Shown piece by piece: positions 12,901-24,260 of a stretch of DNA of 64,000 bases (position 1 is its first letter; the number at the start of each line of letters is the position of its first letter). The DNA is from Paraspadella gotoi. Its lineage: Eukaryota > Animalia > Chaetognatha. The notes beneath the pieces were generated by a model. It searched no databases, was not told where the DNA came from, and saw only the letters and a program-made list of their open reading frames with translations. The translations under genes were made by a program, and so were the position numbers. Location: assembly GCA_051294375.1 (NCBI GenBank), contig CM119264.1, positions 9,871,275 through 9,935,274 of the forward strand, given 5' to 3'.

Positions 12901-15900
12901 TACAATTTTTTTTTTTGGATTTCTAACTATAAATATAATATGTAACAAACCATAATTGTTTAGACGCTTGCCGCGTTTAAGAGAACCATCAATTGCTTGA
13001 GAGAGCTTTCAAAGAGTAAATAATTCTGGTTTTGGAAAGATTGTATATAAAGTATGGGGGTTTCAGGAGGTTCGACCCCTTTGCAATATATTTTGCCTTT
13101 CATCAAAAGTGCACAGAAGTGATAAATCTACTGAATTCCATAATTAGATCTAATTATTTTTTATTTCTCCTTAATTACCATATTATTATATTCCTACTCC
13201 AGTAGTTCTTATCTCAATAATCTTATATTTCTTATACTTAAGATCATATACAAAAAATAAAACTCTTTTACCTAACATATTCCTAATAGGTAGGGGTAGC
13301 GCAACATCAAGGGGGAAAAGAGGCAGAAGCACCAAAAAAATATTATCACAGGGCGAGTACATGCTAACAAAAAATTTACTTAAGTGTATAAAAAAAATAA
13401 ATGTAGATATGAAAAAAAAGACTTTCTTTCGTTGTTGTTATTTGGCGTTTATTGAGACTAAAGACCGAAATCTCTTTATACAATTCAACTTTTTAAGGTG
13501 CATACAAGTTTCGGCTTTCATTCAAGCCTCTCATCAGTTGAATGAAACCAAAACACTTGTATGCACATGTTAAAATAAAAATCGTTGATGTTAAAAGATT
13601 TCGTCTTTAATCTCAAATTAAAAAATTTAAAATTTAAACCAGAAATATTTTTAATAATAACTATAATTGAGTGTCATATATAAATTTAAGCAAAACTTTA
13701 TTTTAATTGGTTTGTAAAAAATAAAAAAAATTCCTTGAAAATTTAATGTGCTTTTAAATTTTTTTACTAGTATCAGATTGACCATAATTTTCTAAATCGT
13801 ATTGACCTTCTCCCCTCCTAAAAGAGAGTTTATTCTGGGTCTGTAGCACCCACAAGAAATGGGTCCTTTTTGGGAGAAAAACGACCTAATTCCTGCTACT
13901 TTATTTTTCTAAACTAATTTAGTTTTAATATCTAATGATTAACTCATAATCTTTTATCAAATTACCCTTTACTGAATAATTCGCTTTTAAAAGCCTAATC
14001 TGACTGTGCATTAGAGATTTACGTTAATCTAAAAAACTAAAACACCATATTGATTATACATGTTAAACCCTCACGATTAAACGCTTTAATAAACTAATGA
14101 GCGAGAAACAACATTAATTGCCATAAACCAAGTTAGATTACGCAAGAAAGAAAGACTCCCATAGACTAAATCCCAGAATACACAAGATAAATGGGTTCGA
14201 CGAAGATAACAACCAATTTCTTGTAACTGTGATACCCTTTAATTTTATGGGTTTTGTTAATAGTTTATTATAACTAATTTAAACCTCTAATCGGGGAGGC
14301 AGGAAATGGAGGCGCTTTCGAAAAATAGTTAAAAAACTTAATCTCTGTATTTTTTTGGGTAACACAACCTCAGACCACCCTTAGTAATTTTTATTCCTTG
14401 GAATAAAATGGCAACAATCAAGCTATATTCTCAACATGCGTTCTTAATTGGCAATTAGGACTTAGTAAACGGATGTTTACACCACCGCTCAATTACTTAA
14501 CGCGGAATCTCTTTATTTAAGAAGGATAGGTTGGTTGGCTTTTATGCGTCCTTATTGGATGCACTTCGCCGTCTCCTCGGATCTACTCTGCTTGGAAGAT
14601 TCATTTTTCCAAATATAAAATCATGTTATCCTACCTAATTTCTTCGGAAATTGGGATGTTGCGATGGTCAAATGATCGCATTGCATCTAGTTGGGTTTGG
14701 GAAATGTTGCTTTTGATGATCAGCATTTATAACGATTGAAGGTACTGCCACTATGATTAATTGGTCAACTGGATTAGTCGTTTCATAGTCCATTAAAGTC
14801 AGCAAAACAAATGTGCTTGTTCATTTTTTGAATAATGAATGAATGAATGATGAATGATGATGTTAATGAATGAAATGAAAATTGTTTATGTATATTGTAA
14901 CAAATTTTTGAATTTTGCTCGTAGTAAAAAAATATTTCTTAAATGAGTAGTATATGGTTTATCATTAGCATTAATAGTGTATCTTCAAACTTTTTAGCGT
15001 CTAAAACAAATATTTTTCTAATCATAATCTTTTGTAACATTCAATAATAAAAATGGTCTTTTCCAAGTATGTATACTTTTCCGCACTTTTAAAAAAAAAT
15101 TATATTTCAAAAAACATTTTTCCCCCCCATTTTCCGCCCGCTTTCTTCCCAACGTCTTAATCTTTTCGTATACCGCACATTGACATTTTATGACATGATG
15201 CCCTCAATTATTATAAATATATGTATCCTCATTAATGAAATTTATGAACAAATGCATATCTCATTTTTTTAATTTTATGGCCTGGCATCCCTCAATCATT
15301 TAAATTGATGACATTGCATATTTGGATTTTAAAGTAATTCTAATAGAATTTCCACGGTGAATATTGCCCAACAGCAAATTTTCTTCTCAAAAATCTTAAA
15401 TTTGCTTCACGTTTTTTCTCGAGTCCATGGCCCGCAACTTTTGGCTACAAACGTCCCGTCATCAATTCTTACTTTTGGACGAACGATTTGGGGGACGAAA
15501 ACTCTGGTGTTTGCAACCGAAGATCCGTTATGGTTCTTTTGCCAAAAAAACCTGACTTCGAAAAAAATAATAATTGGGGTTGGATTTTGGCGGAATTAGC
15601 GGGGATATGGTTTTCATTCAATAATCACTGGTACTAAATTGCCAGTGCGCTCCTTTTTAATCAAAAAGCAACGAAGGAGAGGAGCTGCTAGATTGGTTCA
15701 ATCTTCTGCTCCTGAGTCAAGGAGGAACAATGAAAAATTTTTGTTTCGGGGGGCGGGCTAAAGGCGGGCGACCTTGTTGCTGGATTTAGAATATTTGGAA
15801 ACTAAAATTAAACTCTAGTGGACAATGATCCTCTAAAGTCCGATAAAAAAAGTTTTATTTCTCAGGGAAATCACATTATGTCATTATCTCAAATTCTTGT

Positions 15901-18487
15901 GCACAGGTGATGATAGGCGTCTTAACACCTCCGAGCATTGCTCTGTTGAGAGTACAATACTTCTAGCCCTGTCCCAAAGTCTGGGGCAAGAATATCGGCT
16001 ACTTTTAATTGAATGAATAATTAATGAATGATGATTTTTTATTTGTTTGCTGGTACTTCAATTAATATGATATAAGGGTCCCTTAATATGTCGAGGTCGC
16101 GAAATTCTATTTATTTAAATGATTAGCCAATCTGTTAAATTTAAAAAGCTGATACATCTCGTTCTTTGGTTTTACCCTCTTTTTAATTTATTTTCCCTTT
16201 TTACCATCACAATTTCTCTATACTTAATTGAATATTTTGTGTTACACCGCACCAATTATGGGAAGTTTATCATTCATTTAATTAAGAAGGCTATCTTTGG
16301 CCCCTGACTTTTTGACCAGCTTTGGTAGTTTAAGGTCTCCCATCAACTCCCCTTTACAACTTCCCACATCAAAGACTCTCCACGCTCTCTCACTCTGCAG
16401 TCCACTAACTCAATTCACTCGCCAGAGGATCTGGTCTTAACTATCAAATGACGGTTGTATTGGTGTGTGCTTGGGTCATAATTCAGCGAGTAATCAAACT
16501 TATAATTTTCTATTCTCATTTTCTACATTTGTTTGGCTAGATAGTGGCCATTTGGATGCCCCGGCAATTTCAAATGGAACATTAATTAAATCTTCACGGG
16601 GGTGGTATAATCTCTCACAATGTTTTTCTCCTTTCAAAAATGTTTTGCCAAACAATTATGGTAGGTTTACCCCTTGTGCAATGCAATGCGTCCGGCTTTG
16701 ACTGTTGTTCCGTTCTGATATCTTTCTTTTCTTATAAGATTATTTAATATAATATGCTAGCCTAAATAAAGTTTTGCTCCTATAGAGATTCCACTTATGG
16801 TGCCCTATTCTGTTTTATTCAACTTGTCTTCTTTTAAGGGTTTTTACAAAACATAAGTTGATAAATGAATATTTGTAATATTTTTTTCTCGGTGATACGC
16901 ATCGGCGAGTTATATACCTAAAAACAGCAATCAATCAATCACCGGGGGATTAATTACGTCGAGAAAAAATGACCTAAACTTTCTACAAACTAGATCTTAG
17001 CGCCGTGGTCACTTTATATTAGATTCCTATTTATCTTTCTTTTTTTTCTTTTGGTTGTCGCTATTTATTTCTGACTGTGTCGGAATCTTGTGTAGATATT
17101 GAATTCCTAATCTGTTCCACAAGTAGCACTGCCAAATCTTTCATTATTACCCGAATAACCGACGTTTTTTTTGGTGGTAAAAAAAATGTACGCGATTTAA
17201 TCTCCTTTGATCCTAGTTATTTTTGTTGTCGGATACGATTTTTTTAGCGTGTTCTTTACCCGAAATTCGAATTTTGTATTGGAGAAAATACTCCTCACAG
17301 ATTCCTTTAGCATAGCGAATGTAGGGATTAACAATTAAATATTCATCTGAAATCACTAAAATTGTTATAGGGGGGTGGAAATGATAAATTTTTTAAAAAT
17401 GATGTAAAAGGAATATATATGAGCAATAAATTCACTTAAAATCTCTTTTAGGACATTTTGGGATAAAAATACTTTATAATACAGAAATTACGTTGTGAGA
17501 AAATTAAACCCAGGCATCCAACCTCTTCGGGAAATTATCTCCTAATTCCCAAAGATAGCGATAACGGCGATCCAACATAGTCACGGGCGTTCTTCGGGTT
17601 TGTAACACGATTTTACTGGGGCTGATTAGATACATCTCTTAGTATTCTTGTTACTCTGCACTATTAATTTTTGATTGTAAAAAAAAGTTCAGTGAAGGAA
17701 TTCTTATTGGGGTTTAGATTTCTCTTCTTTAACCGATAATCTCTTAATGTTCCTTTATGACTTAATCATTATATTTGTTACGTTTCTCTTTTCATTTGCT
17801 TTCATTCAAAAATTTTATATATTTTCTACCGTTATTACTATCTCCGCGTCTCACATTGGTCATGAAAATTATCCTTAATTTCGCATCTAAATGTATATTC
17901 CAGTTTACTCCTTTTTTGGCTTAATTATGAACCTTTTTTTTACCGACTCCAAGTAAAGGCTATTAAAGACGAAATGGATGCTTTTATTTCTAAGTAAAAC
18001 TTCCAACTGTATGAATCTCATTGTTCTCTACCTTTTTTCAATTTTTTAAGCTTAATATCCAAGTATTCTTCTTTAGTGTAACGATGATAGTAATCTGGTT
18101 CTATTTAATACTGGGACAATTTATATTCGTGAAAGAACTGCACAGATCTCACAATGGGCATTTCCCTACGTTTTTTTAATTTTCGTATACTGGGGGCATA
18201 GGTTCTTTTCTTTCATCATTCCCATTACAGTATATATTTTTATAAATATATATTTTTTCTGGAACAAAATAATTACGGTACATCTCAAGTAGTTAGAAGC
18301 CAATTCAACTGCGTTAACACAATCGTTTTCAAGAGTGTGCCGAACCCTTTCATTATTTAATTTTTCTCTCACATTCTCCATCCAATCTTTCCCTTTTTGT
18401 TTTACGACACGAATGGCGACTTACTTCTCTTGTGTCCTTTCTATTCTTGTTTATCTCTCAAGCTCTCATAAAATAATCGGACATTCT
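9950..18487 (+). other. Insertion-riddled duplicate of ~21250-27750 (3' LTR, intergenic DNA, MITE and most of the XK gene); probably raw long-read gap-fill rather than a pseudogene
   Basis: Collinear landmarks: 9964 ACCTGAGTGATG = 21261; twister core ~10290-10370; ATGGCAACAATCAAG at 14408 = 24677; TCAAGAGTGTGCCGAACCC at ~18329 = ~27682. About 6.5 kb is expanded to about 8.5 kb, mainly by single-base insertions affecting exons and introns alike, and it ends at an N-gap. Confidence 0.85.
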
Positions 18488-18912
18488 NNNNNNNNNNNNN
18501 NNNNNNNNNNNNCCTCGTCGTTACAGTCCCGATCCAGACGAAATCTAATCTCTCTCTCCTCAATCAAGGAGAAAGAGTCAGAAGGGAACGCGTCCGCTCT
18601 CGGATTCTTGAAAGGGAGGTAGGAGGGAGTTGGGAGGGAGGAATGAGAAGAGAGAGATGGTAGGTGGGAGGGAGAAGAGGGAGGTAGGAGGGTGGACGGA
18701 GAAGAGGGAGGTGGGAGGGAGGAGGAAATAGAGAATTATGATGAGTTCTGTAGTTTAAATATTGCCAGTGAAAAGTCGCCTAGTTAATAATTTTACTAAA
18801 TGACCTAAATGACCTTATAGTTACTTATAAAATGCGAATTAAATTAGCTAAGATTGATAAGAAATTAAAAATGAGAAAGTAGCAGCGAAACCATAAAGAA
18901 TACATATATCTT

Positions 18913-18990
<78 letters not shown>

Positions 18991-19013
18991 CATCTATCTA
19001 TCTATCTATCTAT
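18913..19013 (+). repeat. (TATC)n tetranucleotide microsatellite
   Basis: Near-perfect TCTA run. Confidence 0.95.
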
Positions 19014-19286
19014 AAATCAATAGATATCGTCATCTAACTCTCTATCAATCTGTCTATCTGCATATCTCTTTTTATTTTTTGTAAAAATCAATTGATTTGT
19101 CCATTTTCTTATTAAACAATATTAAAAAATCTACAACTTTCTTTATTCTTTTCTAAGTTTCCTTCTTTTTCTCCTTCCCTCTGAAAAAAAAAATGAGTGT
19201 CCAGCCCAGATTGCGAAAGAAGTGTTGGAAAAAAAGAGAAAGAGAGAAAGAGTGAAAGAGAGATAGAGTTAGAGAAGAAAAAGATG

Positions 19287-19339
<53 letters not shown>

Positions 19340-20203
19340 TGAGAGAGAAAAAAGGACGAAAAAAAATAAGAAAGGCTCTAGGCAAAGAAAAAAAAGGAAA
19401 TGAGAGGAAAGAGAGAGAAAGTGAGAATGGTGGGAAAATTAGGAAAAGAAGCCTAAAAGATTTATTCATGGCTTTGCTTTGTGCAAAGAAAAAAATTAGA
19501 AAAAACTAGAGCAGAGAAAAGAAGAGAGAGAGAGAGAGAGACGAGAGAGAGAGAAGAGAGAGAGAGAGAAAGAGAGAAAGAGAGATAGAGAGAAAGAGAG
19601 AGAGAAGAGAGAAAGAGAGAGAGAGATAGACAGAGAGAGATCGCTAGACATAAAGAAATACAAAAATAGCATGAAAGAGAGAGAAAAAGGGAGAGATAGA
19701 CAGGCAGACAGACAGGGTGGCGCTCTTAATTAAAATGAGAGGGTGCAGAAATAGACGTCAATCTCCGATAGATACGCCGTGTTATTTCTAGATTATCCTG
19801 GTTCTTCTTTTCTTTTCTCCTCTCTTTCTTCTTCCTTTTCTCTCCCCCTCTATTTACCCTATCTCCTCTTCTCTAACTCATCCTCTCCCATCATCACCTT
19901 CGCCTTCAGATTTGCTTCAGGGTCCAACACTTTTTGCCTGAAACCCGACGGGGCCCGGCGCGAGCCTTGACGATGATTAATTAGCGGGGCCCCATCGACC
20001 GTGTCTCCTGTTTCCTTACAGAAGGGCCGGAAAATCTGCGAGAGAGAGAGAGAAATAGAGGGAGAGAGAGAGAGAGAGAGAGGGGGGGGAGGGTAAAAAA
20101 TAGACACTAATGAGAGGCGCGGAGGTTATTAAGAAGAAGATGAGAGAAAGGCGATAAAAAGATAAGGTGAGAAGTGATAGTGACAAAGTGAGAGAGAGTG
20201 AGA

Positions 20204-20243
<40 letters not shown>

Positions 20244-20839
20244 AAAAAGTTTTTTGAAGATATAATAATGGTCTTGAGCTGATGGTTTTACTCATTGAGC
20301 CACCGACTGAAGGTGACGTGCTCCTTAATGGGGTGAACTTATTGCAATGCCTACAACCATGAGATAAAAAAGAATTTTAAGCGGCACCTATTTTCTTAAT
20401 ATCTTAACATATTTTTAGTTAAATCACTAAATCGAGAAACGTAATCTAAACTGAATGTTTTCATTTTCTTCCTCTTCCACATCCCCTTCCTCGATTGTTT
20501 TCATCCTCGTCATTCTTCAAGTATTTTTTTTTTCCGCGTGAAAAGAGAAAAAAGTTGGTAAATGAAGATTTTCCTCATCCGCAAGCGACGATGAGAACGA
20601 CGACGACGACGCCACCTCGTGGGAAAAAAAAAGATAATTTGCGAGGAGCGTAAATCTCGCGTCTTCTTTCGGCGCGCCTTCGTGACGTCATAAAAACGCG
20701 TCATTGTTACGAGACTGGCGCTCGAGGGTTGGGCGAACTCTTGAGTTGGGCTGGCGACGTTACAAGAGCATTGGCGGGCGAGATTTTGCGAAAGCTCGAG
20801 AGATTAAAAGAGATGAAGATGTCCGAAATATTATGCTCG

Positions 20840-21095
20840 TGTGGCGGTATATTCACACCGCCTCACGTCCACCCACCTTTCAGCCAAATCTCATTGGCTC
20901 AGAGGGGGAACACACCATCCCAGGCGTAGTGTTCCATCCACAGTCCTAATGACTTCCCTCTGCGTTGGCAAAGCGAGACCGTCCTAGGGTAACCGCGCCA
21001 GTGACTGGAGGCGTCACTGAGGGTCGGAAGCCCCCAAAGCCAACAGTGAGATGCCCATCCCAATGGGCATCACAGGCAACCCGGCTGTTGCCATA
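20840..21095 (+). repeat. 5' LTR (256 bp), highly structured
   Basis: Matches 21289-21543 with roughly eight small differences by eye. Successive stems are GCGGT/ACCGC, GCCAA/TTGGC, CAGAGGG/CCCTCTG enclosing GGAACAC/GTGTTCC and AGTC/GACT, the twister domain, GATGCCC/GGGCATC and GGCAAC/GTTGCC. Confidence 0.9.
20964..21044 (+). ncRNA. Twister ribozyme candidate, type P5 (copy 1); predicted cleavage U20990|A20991
   Basis: Elements in order: P5 GUUGGC/GCCAAC; P2 GCG/CGC; L1 GACCG; short P1 UCCUAGGG; UAA cleavage motif; GC; P3 CAGUGAC/GUCACUG; A; P4 GGG/CCC; L4 UCGGAAGC. Pseudoknot T1 pairs L4 CGG with L1 CCG, and T2 pairs GC with the L4-terminal GC. Order and conserved nucleotides follow the twister consensus. 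Deviations are a very short P1 and a C-A mismatch at the top of P2. Confidence 0.8.
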
Positions 21096-21097
21096 AG

Positions 21098-21110
21098 TGG
21101 TGAGCCTACT
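21098..21110 (+). other. Primer-binding-site-like motif TGGTGAGCCTACT
   Basis: Begins with TGG (complement of tRNA 3' CCA) two nt after the 5' LTR. It resembles Arg-type (TGGCGAGCC) and Trp-type (TGGTGACCC) PBS; the primer tRNA was not determined. Confidence 0.55.
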
Positions 21111-21131
21111 ATCGAACACGCAACCTTCTCA

Positions 21132-21191
21132 GGGTACGCTACGACAAACGCCTATGCCCCTGGGGTACGCTACGACAAACGCCTATGCCCC
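21132..21191 (+). repeat. Internal 29-bp direct repeat x2 (period 31)
   Basis: GGGTACGCTACGACAAACGCCTATGCCCC at 21132-21160 and 21163-21191. Confidence 0.95.
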
Positions 21192-21288
21192 CACAACTCG
21201 CGCTCTCTCTCTCTCCCACTATGGTAACAGTCTTGTCAGACACCTCTCAGCGCTTGAGGAACCTGAGTGATGTCTTGGCCCGGGATCC

Positions 21289-21543
21289 TGTGGCGGTATA
21301 TTCACACCGCCTCACGTCCACCATCCTTCAGCCAAATCCATTGGCTCAGAGGGGGAACACACCATCCCAGGCGTAGTGTTCCATCCACAGTCTAACGACT
21401 TCCCTCTGCGTTGGCAAAGCGAGACCGTCCTAGGGTAACCGCGCCAGTGACTGGATGCGTCACTGAGGGTCGGAAGCCCCCAAAGCCAACACGTGAGATG
21501 CCCCATCCCAATGGGCATCACAGGCAACCCGGCTGTTGCCATA
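21289..21543 (+). repeat. 3' LTR (255 bp)
   Basis: Direct repeat of 20840-21095, followed by the TSD CTCG. Confidence 0.9.
21410..21490 (+). ncRNA. Twister ribozyme candidate, type P5 (copy 2); predicted cleavage U21436|A21437
   Basis: Identical to copy 1 except one substitution in the P3 loop (TGGATGC vs TGGAGGC). Confidence 0.8.
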
Positions 21544-22576
21544 CTCGTCTCTTATCTTTTTATTTGCACCGCGCGTACACCGTCTGTCTCTTGATCTGCC
21601 CCACTTATGTCTTAACCCGGGTGATAAGGCAATCAATTCTGTTCATATTTGGTAGAAAGGTAAGATGTACTAGTGCAGTCACGTGATCACTTGAAAACGC
21701 GTTCACATGACCAGAAATTTAATACTGAAGAATTCATGACATACTGAATCACTGATTGCCGAGTCATTTTATTTAAAACTGGCAAGGTATCTGTAAATGC
21801 CTTTTTGTACTTGTGTATAATAATCGTGAAGTCATATGACCATATAGAAATACGGTCGCGCGATCAGAAAAAAAATGTGGTATTATTCGGGTTATTCTTG
21901 ATTAGTTTAGTCAATATTTTACAAATACTAAGTAATACTAATAAGATGCTTGTTGTGCATAAGTGTAGTCAGGTTATCAGTCGGGAAATGCATCCATGAA
22001 AAAACTTGAATCCTTTAACTTGTATTCCTGGTTTTCCTCTTTTTCTCTCTTTCTCGCTCATGTTCTTGGTTCTTTCTCAATCCTTGATTAGTCGATCTGT
22101 TATTTTTACGTTTTAGTTTCGCTGTACTTGAGACTAGATTGAAACGTTTCGCTCGTTCTGATTACATTCATCATAATTCGACTCAAGAGATTTAGAGATT
22201 CAGAGATTCAAGTTTTCACGTTTAATTTATAAGGAACGGGCGCCGCCTGGAACGCGATACTCCGAGTATATTCTGGCACAAAATCAGCGGCAGATCATGC
22301 CCGTTATGATTTTATGAATAATTTCCCCCCCCCGAGATATATATAGTATATATACCATTTTTCACACAATGACTCAATTCTACAATTAATAAGACCCAAA
22401 TAAAAAAATAACAAATATTAAGTAAAATGAAAATAAGTACAAATAAGTAAAGTCAAAGCTTATCACGCATAAGTTGCAAATTTAGAGATATTGATATATT
22501 GAGGAGAAGTGTGGACTGTGGACATGACATGACATAACAGAGACTTGAACATGAATTTACAGGAGATCATTATATG

Positions 22577-22775
22577 AAATTGGTACAACCAATATAAAAT
22601 TTATTCATTAATTTAATAAATAAGCTATCTTGCCCCTGAATCTAGACAGGCTTTGGTGGTTTAAGGCCTTCATCACGCTTACATGATAATGACATAGCAG
22701 GTCCCTGCAAGCTTTCAATCAAGACTCTCTCACACTCTCACACTCTCTCACTCTCTCACTCGCTCACAACAGTCT
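22577..22775 (+). repeat. Short dispersed repeat, also at 26219-26380 (direct) and ~25975-26076 (inverted, with (TGAA)n tail)
   Basis: Shared GAAATTGGTACAACCAATAT...GCTATCTTGCCCCTGA...TTTAAGG...CAAGCTTTCAATCAAGACTCTCTCAC(ACTCTCTC)n. The reverse complement GGGGCAAGATAGC occurs at ~26029-26041. Confidence 0.75.
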
Positions 22776-24260
22776 CGTTTATTCACTCCCAGAGTACTTG
22801 GGATATATTATAATATGATAATTTAATAATATAATAATTTGATATAATATTTCAAAGAATGTTTCAATTGTATGAAATATATAATAATCAAACAAATTCA
22901 GGTTTGCAGACATGATAAAAAGTTATGGGCATGAATAAGAGAATAGAGTTACTTGAGATGATAAAGATTGAAGAGATGAGATCAGGTGGTAAGCGGTCTT
23001 GATATATATCATCGCAGAGGAATCAAAATCAAGAAAGCTAAATCAGATCAGCCAATCGAGATCCGACACGAATCCACCGGAAATAAAATCTAACTCTCTC
23101 ATTGGTCGATAAACCAGTGGCACGGGCCAATGGTGGAATTTCATCTGTCTGCAAAAACTTTGTCTGTCATCCGCTTGAATTGTATAAATTGCCACGGTCC
23201 ACAAATGTTATGTATCAGCGCGCAATTCTATTCTGGATTGATCCGAGAGAATTCAATATCGTCGAAACGAAGAGCGATCAGGTTATAAAATTTTTCATCC
23301 TGGTAAAAAAAAAAATAAAAAAATACTAAAAAAAAACGCAAAAAATTTTACTTGTAAAGAAGGCCTTACTGTTAAGCCGTCAGTTTCAATTAGAATAATG
23401 AATCTTTTTTTCAAACCTCACTTCCTCGTCTCATTGAAACTTGAAAGACTATATTAAGTAAATCTCAAGCCAGAATACAATTTTTTTGATTCTACTATAA
23501 ATAATAACCAACCATAATTGTTAGACCTTCCCTTTAGCGAACCATCAATCTGAGAGGCTTTCAAAGAAAGTAAAAATTCTGTTTGGAAGATTGGTATTGT
23601 TCAGGATCCCCTTTGCAATTTGCTTTCATCAAAAGTCAAAAGTGATAACTACTTCCTATTAATATTTTTATTCCTCTTCCTATTTTTATTCCTCTCAGTA
23701 GTCTTCTCATATCTTTTCTTTCTTAGTCTTAATCTCTTTTCCAACATATTCTAATAGTAGGGGTAGCCGCACTCAATGGGGAAAGCCAAAAATTTACAGC
23801 GAGTACATGCTCAAATTTCTTTTTAAAAAAATATGTGATTAAACTTTCTTTCGTTGTGTTTGGGTTATTTGAGATTAAAGACGAAATCTTTTACATCAAC
23901 TTTTTAAGGTGCATACAAGTTTCGGCTTTCATTCAAGCCTTCATCAGTTGAATGAAAGCCGAAACTTGTATGCACATTTAAAAATAAAAATCGTTGATGT
24001 AAAAGATTTCGTCTTTAATCTCAAATAAAAAAAATTTAAAATTTAAAACCAGAAAATATTAAAATAACTATAATGAGTGTCATATATAAATTTAAGCAAA
24101 CTTTATTTAATTGTAAAAATAAAAAAAAATTCCTTGAAAATTAATGTGCTTAAATTTTACTAGTACTGATTGACCATAATTTCAAATCAGTATTGACCCT
24201 TCTCCCTCCCTAAAGAGAGTTTATTCTGGTCTGTAGCACCCAAAAGAAAATTGGGTCCTT

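Larger units (their letters stand above)
20840..21543 (+). mobile_element. Non-autonomous miniature LTR retroelement (TRIM/retrozyme-like), 704 bp
   Basis: Two near-identical direct repeats (20840-21095 and 21289-21543) with TGTGGC...GCCATA termini (imperfect terminal inverted repeat). 4-bp TSD CTCG at 20836-20839 and 21544-21547. PBS-like TGG two nt after the 5' LTR. The 193-bp interior is non-coding. No clear polypurine tract. Confidence 0.88.

Noticed and set aside
14408-18350. Genuine XK pseudogene
   Set aside because: The insertion-dominated error profile, equal in introns and exons and ending at a gap, indicates raw long-read sequence.
20900-20962. Hammerhead ribozyme in the LTR three-way junction
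   Set aside because: No CUGANGA plus GAAA core on either strand; the closest is CUGUGGA on the minus strand, without a correctly placed GAAA.
20704-21686. Short ORFs over the LTR element as gag/pol remnants
   Set aside because: No gag, protease, RT or integrase motifs; they are chance frames in GC-rich structured sequence.
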